Below are positions 1 to 10,455 of a stretch of DNA of 64,000 bases, piece after piece (position 1 is the stretch's first letter; each line of letters begins with the position of its first letter). The notes beneath the pieces were generated by a model. That model saw only the letters and a program-made list of their open reading frames with translations, had not been told where the DNA came from and made no database searches. The DNA is taken from positions 4,933 through 68,932 of IMG/VR virus record IMGVR_UViG_3300033076_001470; one strand, written 5' to 3'. Both the position numbers and the translations under genes were made by a program. Source of the DNA: a virus. Its lineage: Duplodnaviria > Caudoviricetes.

Positions 1-2
1 GA

Positions 3-476
3 AACGATTTGCTGCTGCCAAGTGCCACGACTACCGCAAGTCGGACAGGCATCGTCTTTTTCACCACAAGACCCGCCACAGCTTGCGCAAAGCAAAACGG
101 CCAGTTTTTCAACCCCAGACTCCGCAAACGCTGTTGCATTTTCCGGCAGCGACACTCGCCCCTCAATCACGTACCGAGGCGCGGCTACATACTGCGAACT
201 AATAACAGCTTGCCCGTGCTGATCTTCACCGCCCTTTTCGATCACGTGCGACAGATAGCGCGGATACCAATCGCCGGAATAGCGATTGAAACACTTGGTC
301 TTTTCCCAATCTTGCCCCCAAACGATTCGCACATTTGGCGACCCGTCAGGCGCGACTCCAAAAATACTGTTCAGCCCTTCTTGAAACCGTGCCAAGTCAG
401 ACTCACCCATCGGGACAACCATTCGCGGATGCCACTTGTTCGGGTTGTTGATTTCAGCGTACAGCCGGGGATTCAA
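3..476 (-). CDS. Hypothetical post-capsid protein with CxxC..CxxC zinc ribbon (partial, runs off left edge)
   Basis: Manual translation: (M)NPRLYAEINNPNKWHPRMVVPMGESDLARFQ...CASCGGSCGEKDDACPTCGS. TTG start overlaps the upstream TGA. Absent from the ORF track because there is no stop in the window. Confidence 0.6.
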   Translation of the reverse strand, partial: MNPRLYAEINNPNKWHPRMVVPMGESDLARFQEGLNSIFGVAPDGSPNVRIVWGQDWEKTKCFNRYSGDWYPRYLSHVIEKGGEDQHGQAVISSQYVAAPRYVIEGRVSLPENATAFAESGVEKLAVLLCASCGGSCGEKDDACPTCGSRGTWQQQIV

Positions 477-778
477 AGCTTATCTACCTCAATTTCAATG
501 AAAAAATACTGCCCAGCCGCAAGCGACGACGGCACAGACACCCGCACGTCTACGCTGGCTGACGGTTGCAAAGTTACGGCGTACGAACTTGCAGCCGGAG
601 TGATATTGCCCGCCAAAAGCCTGACGTTTTTAGGCGCGCGCCCACCTCCAAGCAGAATGTCAGCGTTTCCTCCTACACCGTCACCAGTGATTTTTCGACG
701 CTCCCAAAGCTTCCCTTCAGTGCCGGGGAATATCGTTCCCCCTTGAGGGTTTTTATCTACCTCAATTGTCAACGCCAT
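473..778 (-). CDS. Hypothetical virion-associated protein (possible head decoration)
   Basis: 101-aa beta-rich ORF directly after the capsid gene, with GAGGAG SD upstream. Confidence 0.65.
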   Translation of the reverse strand: MALTIEVDKNPQGGTIFPGTEGKLWERRKITGDGVGGNADILLGGGRAPKNVRLLAGNITPAASSYAVTLQPSASVDVRVSVPSSLAAGQYFFIEIEVDKL

Positions 779-790
779 AATTGCTCCTCG

Positions 791-825
791 AAAAAAAAAG
801 CGGGCGAGCCAACGAAGGCCCGCCC
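791..825 (-). terminator. Rho-independent terminator after capsid gene
   Basis: Minus strand GGGCGGGCC-ttcgtt-GGCTCGCCC followed by GC and T9. Confidence 0.75.
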
Positions 826-862
826 AAACAGTTCTCGTGAATGAGTGAAAGAGAAAATTTAA

Positions 863-2167
863 TTAAGCGCCAAGTCTCATGTTACCATAGGTCACGTTGT
901 TGGACGTCCCCAGATTGGTAATACAATGCACCTGATTTGGACTCAAAACTCCAAATTGCTCAATTGCGCCGTAATTCATCGTAAACGCCGAGGCGTTTGT
1001 GCCGTTCGATCCAGCGCCCGCCTTAATGCGCAACGTCAGCCCGTCCTCTTTTATCATTTGAGGCTCGGACAAGTACGCATACACAAACGCATCTCGCTTG
1101 CCAATATAGATCGTGTCGGGGTCGCATTTCGGGAAGCACTCAAAAACGCTTCCGCGATAACGTCCGCCTTTGATCTCCATGTCCAGTTCTTTCGGCGGAG
1201 CGCTCAAGCGAATAAAACCATAGCCTGCGGCAGCCCAGTTTGTTTCCTGCGCGGGGTGCATCCAGTGGAAAGCCTGCGCGTCCATTTCCTTGCCGAACCG
1301 CAGCGTCATCTTGTCTTGCAATCGGCGTCGCAGCGACAGCGAGAATTCACGCTGGCCAGCGTCTACATACACACCGTTCCACTCCGGCTTGTTAACCGTG
1401 TACACGCCTTGCCAGTACGTTGGACGGGGATAACGGCCCATAAAGGCCATCCCCTTAAACCCAAGCCCGTACGAACCAGACGGAACCACACGCAACGCGC
1501 CGGACGGAGCAGCGCCTAAAGCAGACGTCAGGTCAGCATAAGGAATTGCAGCGTCTTTCACCACAAAACCTTCCTTGAATTGAATACCCGACGCGACCGG
1601 CGACGACGGAGACGCCGGGTTAATCAGGTCGTATTTCGTCAGTGGACGTATCATTTCCGCGCCCAAGTGATAACCAGGCGACGTGCCGTCTGGCGTAGTC
1701 TCAAAATACAATCTCGTGGTTGTGTGAGTGGAGCCAGCGTCAAGCGTGGCAATGGCTCCGTCGCCGTTGCCCCAGAAATGCACTTCAGAATCTTGCGCAT
1801 GCAATTCAATCATGTCCTGCATTTGCTGGCCAAAACTGATTTCCGAGTTTATTCCCTGCTGAAGCGCCTGATACGTGAACCGATCCATTTCCATCGAAAC
1901 GGCATTTTCTGTCAGATAAATAAACGAATGCTCGTAACGAGTTTCAATACCAGACGGAAAATCGCCGCCCGGCAAAATAAACGACATCGCACCGATCTGG
2001 CCGGTTTTGAAAGTTTGCCGCAACCCTTTTGGGCCGACTTTTTGTTTTTTGACAAGAGACTTCATGGCTGTCAGGCCAGGAGTCTCAGTTTCGTATAATT
2101 TCTGAATCGCCCCTTCCAACCGTGTTTCGTTGAAAATTGCGTCCAGCTTTCCATAGCTGATATTCAT
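863..2167 (-). CDS. Major capsid protein (putative)
   Basis: 434 aa, after portal and scaffold-like genes and followed by a terminator. Assigned by synteny and size, not by a diagnostic motif. Confidence 0.7.
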   Translation of the reverse strand: MNISYGKLDAIFNETRLEGAIQKLYETETPGLTAMKSLVKKQKVGPKGLRQTFKTGQIGAMSFILPGGDFPSGIETRYEHSFIYLTENAVSMEMDRFTYQALQQGINSEISFGQQMQDMIELHAQDSEVHFWGNGDGAIATLDAGSTHTTTRLYFETTPDGTSPGYHLGAEMIRPLTKYDLINPASPSSPVASGIQFKEGFVVKDAAIPYADLTSALGAAPSGALRVVPSGSYGLGFKGMAFMGRYPRPTYWQGVYTVNKPEWNGVYVDAGQREFSLSLRRRLQDKMTLRFGKEMDAQAFHWMHPAQETNWAAAGYGFIRLSAPPKELDMEIKGGRYRGSVFECFPKCDPDTIYIGKRDAFVYAYLSEPQMIKEDGLTLRIKAGAGSNGTNASAFTMNYGAIEQFGVLSPNQVHCITNLGTSNNVTYGNMRLGA

Positions 2168-2209
2168 AAAAAACCTCTAAGTTATGAAAACGTAGTTATA
2201 AAAGTGGAA

Positions 2210-3748
2210 TTAACTTCCGATATAGGGAGAAAGATTTTGGAACGCTTCCGCAAAAGCGTCGGCCACCGTTAAATTGTCTAGACCATTGCCTTGCGGCGAA
2301 TTGGCTACCTGACGGGAATAAAGCGGAACAGCGGGAGCTTTGCGCGGCTGTGGTTGCGATTGTGGCGCGGCGGCTTTTTTCACGGATTGGCCAGTGGCTT
2401 TTTGCCAATCGCCCAGATACTGTCGAATCGCTTTTTCCGCATGCCTGGAAAGATCGCCTTCGATCCGCGCCAGCAACGGCTGATTGCCTTGCTTCGCTGC
2501 CTCTTTTGCGCGGTCATAAACCTGCTTAGCCGACGGGTCGGACGCAAAAAAGTTCTTAAGTTGCATTTGAATAATCTGGGCGGGGTATTGCCCTAACTTG
2601 TAGGTGTCCGTCAGCCGCTTCGAAACGTACTGCTCAATATTTGACTCCCACGCGGCTGCGCGAGCCTCTGATTGTTCACGCTGCTGAGCTTCAATTCGCT
2701 TGGTGATTTCCTCAACTTGTTTGGCCTGCCTTTCGTCAGCTTCAGTCAATTTATTTTGAAGCTCCGCTGCATTTTTTCGCTGAGTCAGATTGTCTAGTAA
2801 CTCGTCAGTTGTTGCTTGATTCAGCCGTCCGCGCAATCCAGGAGGCAACGAATCATAAAAAGGCCTTAAATCGCTTGGCAGCCCCTCTCGAACCGCCTTG
2901 TCTACGGTATTGTCGGCAATCCCAAAAAATTCGCCGTCTGGTCCAACCAGCCGATATTGATCTTTCAACCCGAAATCGTTGCCAAAATGCTTGTAAACAG
3001 CCGGAGCCAACGCTTCCAGCAGCGCCGTCCGTTGCTCTTCCAGTTTCCCGATGTATTGCTGAGCCTGATACCGCACTGTTTCGTTCTCCGGCTGATACAC
3101 CGCCAGATCGAAATACGGGTGCGACCCGTCCAAAAACGCGGTCAACTGATCGCCAATTTCCTGAATTACCTCTGGCGCGCGATAATTTGCCACTGCGCGC
3201 ACCACTTGAGTCATTGGCCCGTTTTGAGGGTCAGGGTAAGCGTCCTGCAATTTCAGCAACGATTGGTACACTGCCGTCGGCGAGGTTTCGCCCGGCGTAA
3301 AAAGCGCCGCGCCAAAATCGCCCAGCGTTTGCAACGCTTCGACCGATCCAACTTTGCTTGCTGCTTCCTGAATTTCAGTGATCGTTTGCAGGTTTTGTTG
3401 CAAATAACTGTTTGTCTGCATGGCGTAGCTCCACGCAGCCTGCGGATCGCTCTCCGCCAACGCCGCCAGCTCCTCTGGCGCATACAGTCTTTCAATCGTT
3501 GCAGGCGTGTCTGCAAAACTGAATTCAGGCAGCTCGTCGCTAATTTGCTCTGCTTCTGCTTGCTGATCGTCTGACTGATCGGACGGCGTCATCGTGGCCG
3601 GAACTTCTAACGGTGAAGCTGTCACCTCTGGCGGCGTTCCCGCATTGCCAGAAAAAGCAGAGTTAAATTCGTCCGCTACACTTCCAAAAGAATCCGACGG
3701 CACGGAAGCGTCCGCGCTTAAAACTTGGGTTTCGTCCATAAAATCCAA
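2210..3748 (-). CDS. Capsid scaffolding protein (putative)
   Basis: 512 aa with acidic disordered N-terminus, coiled coil and Pro/Gln-rich tail, immediately upstream of the capsid gene. Confidence 0.55.
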   Translation of the reverse strand: MDFMDETQVLSADASVPSDSFGSVADEFNSAFSGNAGTPPEVTASPLEVPATMTPSDQSDDQQAEAEQISDELPEFSFADTPATIERLYAPEELAALAESDPQAAWSYAMQTNSYLQQNLQTITEIQEAASKVGSVEALQTLGDFGAALFTPGETSPTAVYQSLLKLQDAYPDPQNGPMTQVVRAVANYRAPEVIQEIGDQLTAFLDGSHPYFDLAVYQPENETVRYQAQQYIGKLEEQRTALLEALAPAVYKHFGNDFGLKDQYRLVGPDGEFFGIADNTVDKAVREGLPSDLRPFYDSLPPGLRGRLNQATTDELLDNLTQRKNAAELQNKLTEADERQAKQVEEITKRIEAQQREQSEARAAAWESNIEQYVSKRLTDTYKLGQYPAQIIQMQLKNFFASDPSAKQVYDRAKEAAKQGNQPLLARIEGDLSRHAEKAIRQYLGDWQKATGQSVKKAAAPQSQPQPRKAPAVPLYSRQVANSPQGNGLDNLTVADAFAEAFQNLSPYIGS

Positions 3749-3826
3749 AAAAAAAGCGACTCAGCGCAGCAACGCTGAGTCGTCAGAAAGAAGGTGATAA
3801 ATGATAGCTACTACAGAAAAAAACTT

Positions 3827-4138
3827 TTACTTGATTGCGCCAAGAACAATTGCGGCACAGCACATTTCAAACACGGGCAACGATTCGACGTTTGCCGCTC
3901 GTTCCTTGAACAAGCCGCGCACCTCTGGCCGCAAATCGTCCCACGCCTCAAACTGGCCTTCCACTTGACCGGCCATCAATTCGTAAGCCCTTTGCGCCAA
4001 TGTCTTTTTAGGGGCGAGTTCAACCAAAAGAGGCTTGGTCGGTAACGCCGACTCTTCCGAATCCTTCTTCAAAACTTCTGCCGTTCCCAAAACTTCCGCT
4101 CCCGAAGCTTCCGCTACCTCTTTGCGCTTGCTGGCCAT
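3827..4138 (-). CDS. Hypothetical protein
   Basis: 103 aa with GGAG SD (aaaggagcaagcaatg); overlaps the 3' end of the portal ORF. Confidence 0.55.
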   Translation of the reverse strand: MASKRKEVAEASGAEVLGTAEVLKKDSEESALPTKPLLVELAPKKTLAQRAYELMAGQVEGQFEAWDDLRPEVRGLFKERAANVESLPVFEMCCAAIVLGAIK

Positions 4139-6503
4139 TGCTTGCTCCTTTCAGCATTTGCTGATCAATTGCTTGTTGTTGATTCAAGGCGCTCTGTTCC
4201 ACAACCGACGGTTCACCTGTCGGCGCGTTATCGCCCCTGTTAAATTCATTGACGCCCTGCGGCTTGAACGGTGTCAGCAACCCCGCACCAATACTCGCCG
4301 CCTGCGCCATATACTGCCGCTCCATCGCAATCGAAGCGACGTTTGCTTCAATGTGCAAATGAATCGCCTGCCGAATTGGATTCGGCAGCGAGTACCCTTC
4401 TTCACCGCTCAACGTTTCGCGCCAGAAATTGATGCGCGCCTCAGCGCCTAATTCGTACGGATCAACCGGCATCAGTGCGTAAAGCATTTGCGGATCGGCT
4501 GTTCCTGCGTCAAACGCCTGCTTCATCGCGTCGAGCGCGTCTAAACAACGATCCAACTTTTCGTCCAGATGTTCGTTGAACAAATCCACGTCAAAAATTT
4601 CATTGATTTGCCGTCTAATTTCTGGCGTGTCTTTCCCCAGTTGCTGCGCCAGTGTTGCCGCTTCCAGCGCGCCCCGAAGCTTTTGCTGCCGCTCCATCGG
4701 AATATCCACCGCCACAGACCCTGGCCTGATAACCCACAGCCATCCGCAATCCCGCAAATCGGCCATTTCCAGTTCGCGCGCGACTCGTGACGATCGCTTG
4801 CCGTCGAGCACGGTCAACAGCCGCTTTTCGCCGTAATGCTCCAGCGCCAACTCTGCGGCGCGCGTCAGCACGCTGCGCTTGAACTGGGCAAAGTTGGCCA
4901 AAAACGGCACGTGAATGCCCATCTGCTTGTTGCTGGCGATTCGCGCACCAGTGGCTGTCGAATTGTCTGCGCCGGGCAGAAAGTTCCCGCCCATAAAGCT
5001 TTTTGTGGCGCGCTGCATCCCCTCGTTCAGCTTCTCCAACAGGTACGGCGCAGCCGACGAAATCTGAGGCATCTGCATGACGCCAAAATGGCGACTAATA
5101 TCCTTGTCGGCCAACACTGCCGACGGCACGGGCACAATCCGCCGCTGCAACACTGCCGGATTTGGCGCAATCCGCTCGTTGATAAACAGCACAGGCCTGG
5201 CTGTCTCGCGCACGTGGTTGTACATCATTGAGTGAACAACTGTGCTTTGACGCTGATACTCCGCGGCGGCGTCAATCCCTTTTCCAATTTTTTCGCCGAC
5301 TTGCACACTGAACAGTCCGTCTTGAAACCGATCTCGATGCGACTCGTTTCGCCCGGCCAGAAAGCTATTTAGCCCCGGCGCAGTTGTCAGCACTAACCCT
5401 TTTTCAAAAACCTCACTGAGCCGCTCGCCCGCCGGAATAACGTCGCCTGTGGGTAACTCTACGTCACGGTCAGAGGCGTGATAACACAACATCTCCGGCT
5501 CAAGATAAAAATCCTGCAACAACACTGCGTCGTCGTTTTCGATTCCGTTTTGCCCAGCAGCGTAAGCTTCCGCACGACGCAACACGCGCTCACCGTGCAT
5601 CCACTCGTCTTTCCAATTGTTTGTCACCCGGTCGCCAAGCTTTCCAAACAATGCCTCAACATGCTCTTTCGGCAAATCGCGTTCAACATACCGATACGGG
5701 CTGAACCGCGCGCCAGTCGTCAACGAAAACCGCTGCGCCCACAAACTGACAGGACGTCCAACAATTTCACCTTTCTCAGCCCAGCCTTCTGATTTCAAAT
5801 ACTCGTGAGACAATGGCGCTATTTCCTGGCCAACCATTTCCCCACCGCAATGCGGGCACACCTCCGCCCCGTCGCTCATCGTCGCGCCACAGCCAACACA
5901 CTCTTGATATTCCTCGCCTGGATATTCAGCTTGGTCGAATTCCTGGTGCCACTCCAAGCCATCGCCGGAGTCTGGATCAAAAAACAGCTCTGCCGTCCAA
6001 TGGCCGGTCACTTGCCCCAGCTTGGCGTACTCTTGTCTGAATTCTCCCGTGAACAAAACTTCGTCCAATCGGTCGCGCAGCAAATTCATTCCACGGGTTG
6101 CCCGCCGACGCGCAGCGTCGTCTGTGACCAGCGGGACCGCTTCTAGCTTTGGCTCTGCGCTCATCAACTGCGCGGCCACGTCGTCGTGGTAAAACTCCAG
6201 GACGTTCATCTCGTAAATCGGATCGCCCTTTTCGACGCGGAAAAACTGGAACCCAAAAGAGTTCTTGTTCACATACAGGCCGAGATGGCCTTTGATGTAC
6301 AACGCCGTTCGCAACGTTTTCAAGTAACGCGCTTTCCACTGTCCTTCTTGCCGTTTCAGCAATTGCTGAGTCAGCCTTAGAAAGTGTTTCTGGAAATCCA
6401 CGCGCTCGACTCGATCTTTCTTCACCTGGTCGGGATCTGCGCCACTGGCCGCAAGCGCCTCAGCGCCGACAATTCCAGAGTATCCCAAATTGGAAAGAGT
6501 CAA
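4020..6503 (-). CDS. Portal protein (P22-like, putative) with zinc-ribbon insertion
   Basis: 827 aa between terminase and scaffold genes, Gln-rich C-terminal tail, internal CVGC-x10-CPHC. Confidence 0.7.
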   Translation of the reverse strand: MTLSNLGYSGIVGAEALAASGADPDQVKKDRVERVDFQKHFLRLTQQLLKRQEGQWKARYLKTLRTALYIKGHLGLYVNKNSFGFQFFRVEKGDPIYEMNVLEFYHDDVAAQLMSAEPKLEAVPLVTDDAARRRATRGMNLLRDRLDEVLFTGEFRQEYAKLGQVTGHWTAELFFDPDSGDGLEWHQEFDQAEYPGEEYQECVGCGATMSDGAEVCPHCGGEMVGQEIAPLSHEYLKSEGWAEKGEIVGRPVSLWAQRFSLTTGARFSPYRYVERDLPKEHVEALFGKLGDRVTNNWKDEWMHGERVLRRAEAYAAGQNGIENDDAVLLQDFYLEPEMLCYHASDRDVELPTGDVIPAGERLSEVFEKGLVLTTAPGLNSFLAGRNESHRDRFQDGLFSVQVGEKIGKGIDAAAEYQRQSTVVHSMMYNHVRETARPVLFINERIAPNPAVLQRRIVPVPSAVLADKDISRHFGVMQMPQISSAAPYLLEKLNEGMQRATKSFMGGNFLPGADNSTATGARIASNKQMGIHVPFLANFAQFKRSVLTRAAELALEHYGEKRLLTVLDGKRSSRVARELEMADLRDCGWLWVIRPGSVAVDIPMERQQKLRGALEAATLAQQLGKDTPEIRRQINEIFDVDLFNEHLDEKLDRCLDALDAMKQAFDAGTADPQMLYALMPVDPYELGAEARINFWRETLSGEEGYSLPNPIRQAIHLHIEANVASIAMERQYMAQAASIGAGLLTPFKPQGVNEFNRGDNAPTGEPSVVEQSALNQQQAIDQQMLKGASNGQQAQRGSGSFGSGSFGNGRSFEEGFGRVGVTDQASFG

Positions 6504-6505
6504 AC

Positions 6506-6877
6506 CTATTGCAACACCTCAAGCGGCGACGCGCCGCCATATTGAGCCAGCCAAGCCCGTTCCGGCTCGTCTATGTCTCCAACGTCTTTCAGCCAACACT
6601 CGTACATCGCTTGCTCTGCCGGACTCCACCGGCTCGCCATCTGCTCAAACGCATTCGGCGCGCCCAAATCCAGCGTCTTTGTTTGCAGAGGCATTTGCTG
6701 AATCGGCTCTTCATTCCACTTTGCGCCCATCGCTTGCACAAACAAATCGCGGAACCGATCGCGCTCTCCCCTTACGACAGATAGTTCCGTCAGAGCGCGA
6801 TTCAGTTCCGCTTCTTTGTCAGCCAGCCTTTGTTCAAACTGGCCAACAACTGATTTGTGGTGCGCGTTGGTAATCAC
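6506..6877 (-). CDS. Hypothetical coiled-coil protein
   Basis: The GTG start overlapping the upstream TGA gives VITNAHHKSVVGQFEQRLADKEAELNRAL... The longer 6506-7210 ORF N-terminus is a shadow of the next gene. Confidence 0.6.
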   Translation of the reverse strand: MITNAHHKSVVGQFEQRLADKEAELNRALTELSVVRGERDRFRDLFVQAMGAKWNEEPIQQMPLQTKTLDLGAPNAFEQMASRWSPAEQAMYECWLKDVGDIDEPERAWLAQYGGASPLEVLQ

Positions 6878-7590
6878 TGCGTGAAAGAACTTGGACGGTA
6901 TTCGCTCGGCAAAGCCGAATGCCCGGCCAACCCTTGCGCGAACGCAATCGCGTCGGCGCGATTCGTCCAGGCGACCACCACAGCATCTGCCGCCGCTTCG
7001 CCTTGTGCAGAACCAGCCGTCGTATTCGCAGAAGTTCCCGCTGTCGTGATACCGGTCGAAGTACCATTGGCCAACGAGATATTCAACGTCGCGTCGTTCG
7101 CCGCTTTTGACGTTCGGGTCAACACGATTGACGCACCTGAACCGCTCACAGCAAACAATGCCGTAATCCGGCTGTCGGCGGCCAGCGCGTCGCGCACCTT
7201 TTGCGCCCACACAGACGGGGTATCACCGTTCAACACCGCGACTGACAGGGTAATCGGAGAACCCGACATCCCAGCCGCAGTGACAATTACAGTCGCGTTG
7301 CCAGAACCGGAAACTGTTCCAGCAGCAGTCGCAGTCTCAACCTGCGCCGCGCCAGATTTGGCGACCGCAGCAGGCTTGACGTGCGTTTTCAGGTTCAGCG
7401 CATGTCGCCGAATCTGTTCTCGCCTGTCGGCGTCCTTCCCTGGCGCAAGCGCAGCAATCGTGTCGTAAAAATTATCCCAACCAGTCTGCGCATTGATAAC
7501 TGAGTCGGTCAAATCCGACGTCAAATTTTGCAGCGTAAAAAGCAATTGCTCGCCAGCGCGTTGACTCTCGTACATGGAAATATCAGGCAT
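6874..7590 (-). CDS. Putative virion structural protein (Ala/Thr/Gly-rich beta domain)
   Basis: 238 aa with QVETATAAGTV...IVLTRTSKAANDATLNI segment, resembling phage structural beta domains. Confidence 0.55.
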   Translation of the reverse strand: MPDISMYESQRAGEQLLFTLQNLTSDLTDSVINAQTGWDNFYDTIAALAPGKDADRREQIRRHALNLKTHVKPAAVAKSGAAQVETATAAGTVSGSGNATVIVTAAGMSGSPITLSVAVLNGDTPSVWAQKVRDALAADSRITALFAVSGSGASIVLTRTSKAANDATLNISLANGTSTGITTAGTSANTTAGSAQGEAAADAVVVAWTNRADAIAFAQGLAGHSALPSEYRPSSFTQ

Positions 7591-7668
7591 AGCCCCTCCA
7601 AATAATTGCGGTATTAAAACTTAAGCCGGAAAGCTTTTGTAACTTTCCGGCTTGATAAAATCTTTTTG

Positions 7669-9792
7669 TTACGCCAACCGATCCAGCACATCCCAAACTT
7701 CGTCGGATCGTTCCTTGCGAATCTGATCTGCTGCCCGACGGTGCCAAGACGACGACTGAATTTCGCCTTCCAAAATTGGCTGCACCGCGTCGGCTAAATG
7801 CGCCGCTCCCTGCTGGCGCTGATCCTGCTGCCACTGCTGAATATCGCTCCGGGCGCGCCGGTCGGCTTTTTCTTCGTCGGTTAACGCCGCAACGCTTGGC
7901 CCCCAGTGCGTCCCAATTGCACGAAGCGTATCAATCGCGTCGTCTTTGATCTTTGCCGGGCGCATTTTGCCGAGCGGCTTCCCGGCTTCTTCCGGCGGAT
8001 AGTGATACGCCGGTAATTCTTCCCGGAGCAGTTTGAATCCGGCGTCGGTTTTCGACGGCGTAACAAACCAGCCGCCCGTGCGGTCATTCAACACGCATTC
8101 GTATTCGCCAGGCGCTGCCACAATCAAAATCCGCGTCCGCCCATTCAATTGCGGTCGAATTGGATTTGCCTTGCGCGGCTCAATCAACAGCATCCACTCT
8201 TTCAACTGCGGAATGCCGACATCGTAATCCGTGCTCCACGGCTGCCAGTCTTCGCCGTGCTCTTCCAAAAACGTGTCGCGAACATCCTTCGCTTCGTGCG
8301 AGTGCTCAGAAAATTCGTAATACCGCGTAAGCTCGCCGCTTTCGTCGCGCAGCCCTAACCGCTTTTCGATTTCTACAATCTGCGGCTGCGCCTGCCCGAC
8401 CGCCGCACCTGTCGGCGTAATCTTGTGACACGAGAAAATAAACGTCGTGTCGGCTAGCGGATAATTCGCGCGCGGCCTGGCCGCGTGAGTCACAACCCAC
8501 GGATGGCCGTCCGTTTGGCCGTAATCGTGCGTTCGACACCAGTTCCAGTCTTGAGGAATCTGATACGACCCGTCCGCTTTCAAAAACTTGTGTTCCAGCC
8601 GGAATTGCCGATAAAACGCAATCAATTCGTCCCAGGTAATCAGGCAATATTCTTCCTTCCACTCCGGGAAGACTTTACCCGGCTGCGAAGCGTCATAATT
8701 GCGCTCAATTTCTTGTGCGACTTGTTGCTCGGTCATCGGCGGCCCCGTGTAGCCAAATCGAAGCGAATCAAACCACCGCTTGTCTTTCCACGGATGCTCG
8801 CGCCAGTCCATCGTGAACACGTTCGCATTGCCAGAGTGCCGCCACTCAGCGTACTTGTTGAACCGGCCTTCCGGCGTAGCCAGTGCCAACAACGAACGCG
8901 CTGTTTGACTCAACGCAGTGTATTGCGGATAGCCACCAAACGGCCAGGACGCAAATTCGTCCATCAACACGACTGTTCGGCGACGCTGGCGACCGACCTT
9001 TGCTGTCGGCGCAGAACCAGTGATAACCGAATCGTTCATCTGATTAGCGATGTTCATATACGGAAGGTCTTTGTCTAAAGAAAAACCTTCCGGCAGCATC
9101 CATTCCGGCAACAGCCGGATTTGAAATCGCACTTTTTCAAATAACGTGTCGGGGTCTTTTTTCGAGTCAACCAAGTCCTCAGTTGCCGAAGTCAACATTG
9201 CCGAAAACCCTGATCGAAACCGCCATTGCTTAACAATCCAACCCAGCGCGCCGACCGTCGCACCCATATCGCGAGCCTTTTCAACCAGCCCAGATGCCCG
9301 CTGATTGAACACCAGCGACTCAACCCAGCCGATATATCGCTCCTGAAAGTCAAACAGCGAAAACGGCATTACCTGAAGCGGCGCATCCGGTCGAGGGTCA
9401 AAACCCCAAGCGTAATACTTGAACCAGTGCAGCGTGCCGTTCACGCCGTCAGCACACCGCTTTAGCTCCGCGTCAATCTGCTGCGGAGTCTGAATCAGGT
9501 CAAAATACCGGAACCGCTCTTCGGCCAACTCCGCTGCGCGCGTCAACTGCCAAGCAATTAACTCAGCCTGATATTCACGCGCATGAAATTCAACTTCCGT
9601 GCTGTCGCGAAACGGCTGACTTCTGACCAGCGCCTGCGCGTCCGCAATCAATTCTCTGGCCGCCGCCGAAGCTTCCAGCGCGCCTCGCAGCCGATCACCA
9701 ATTTGACCAGAATTCATTTTCACCGCCGACGCAGGGCGTCGCAGGCTGAGCCGAGTTCGCGTAACCGCAACCTGTGTCTTGTAATCCAACAA
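7669..9792 (-). CDS. terL: Terminase large subunit
   Basis: VEKARDMGAT (Walker A-like), VVLMDEFA (Walker B), HDYG and C-terminal DDAIDTLR nuclease motifs; follows terS. Confidence 0.9.
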   Translation of the reverse strand: MLDYKTQVAVTRTRLSLRRPASAVKMNSGQIGDRLRGALEASAAARELIADAQALVRSQPFRDSTEVEFHAREYQAELIAWQLTRAAELAEERFRYFDLIQTPQQIDAELKRCADGVNGTLHWFKYYAWGFDPRPDAPLQVMPFSLFDFQERYIGWVESLVFNQRASGLVEKARDMGATVGALGWIVKQWRFRSGFSAMLTSATEDLVDSKKDPDTLFEKVRFQIRLLPEWMLPEGFSLDKDLPYMNIANQMNDSVITGSAPTAKVGRQRRRTVVLMDEFASWPFGGYPQYTALSQTARSLLALATPEGRFNKYAEWRHSGNANVFTMDWREHPWKDKRWFDSLRFGYTGPPMTEQQVAQEIERNYDASQPGKVFPEWKEEYCLITWDELIAFYRQFRLEHKFLKADGSYQIPQDWNWCRTHDYGQTDGHPWVVTHAARPRANYPLADTTFIFSCHKITPTGAAVGQAQPQIVEIEKRLGLRDESGELTRYYEFSEHSHEAKDVRDTFLEEHGEDWQPWSTDYDVGIPQLKEWMLLIEPRKANPIRPQLNGRTRILIVAAPGEYECVLNDRTGGWFVTPSKTDAGFKLLREELPAYHYPPEEAGKPLGKMRPAKIKDDAIDTLRAIGTHWGPSVAALTDEEKADRRARSDIQQWQQDQRQQGAAHLADAVQPILEGEIQSSSWHRRAADQIRKERSDEVWDVLDRLA

Positions 9793-9795
9793 TCG

Positions 9796-10455
9796 TCAAT
9801 TCAAATACCGCGCTGACGCAGGCTCAGCTTCAACCACAATGTCGCGCGCCAGCTCTGGCGTCCACCCTTCAGAAACCAACTTGGCAAGCTCTGCCTTCCA
9901 TCGCGCAGTATCGTCTTCGTTTTGTTTCGGCTGCTGTAACAGCCCCATCATTTGAGCAAGCCTATAAGCCGCTGCCTGCGAGTCATGCAGCTCAATTTCA
10001 GTTACTGTTTCACCGCTTTCAAGTTCTCGGATTTTCAGCTTTCTAACTAGCCGAGACAGGTCTTGCTGCTTTGCAAGCTTTAAGTCAAATTTACCGTTGG
10101 CAAAACAGTTTTCCAGATCACCGAAATCAGCCCGAAGATGGTCCGCAAGCAAGTAATACAGCTCGTCAGCGCTTGCCTTCACACCCTTTAACCGCTGACG
10201 CACTCGCTCCTGAATCTGATCCTGAACCTTAACATTCCTTAACAGCCGGTGAGCCTTCACAGGCAACGAATTTGACGTGCCAGATATTCCAGCTTTTCGA
10301 GCAGCGTCCGTAGCATTTTTGTTGCCATTGGCAACATAATTTTCAACAAACGCTTCCTGGCGCGGCGTCAGTTTTGCTTTGTCGTTTTTCGCTTTCGGCT
10401 TTACTGGCCCTACTGCTTTTCTTGCCTTTTTTGCCTTTTTTTTGGCTGCCATCAC
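9796..10455 (-). CDS. terS: Terminase small subunit
   Basis: LTPRQEAFVENYVANGNKNATDAARKAG...HRLLRNVKVQDQI, the typical Terminase_2 N-terminal HTH. Confidence 0.85.
   Translation of the reverse strand: MMAAKKKAKKARKAVGPVKPKAKNDKAKLTPRQEAFVENYVANGNKNATDAARKAGISGTSNSLPVKAHRLLRNVKVQDQIQERVRQRLKGVKASADELYYLLADHLRADFGDLENCFANGKFDLKLAKQQDLSRLVRKLKIRELESGETVTEIELHDSQAAAYRLAQMMGLLQQPKQNEDDTARWKAELAKLVSEGWTPELARDIVVEAEPASARYLN

Noticed and set aside
6878-7210. N-terminal half of the 234-aa ORF 6506-7210
   Set aside because: It is an out-of-frame shadow of the 6874-7590 gene. The coupled GTG at 6877 is the likelier start.
926-9816. Numerous plus-strand ORFs opposite head and terminase genes
   Set aside because: Antisense shadows of GC-rich coding sequence with no motifs or SDs.
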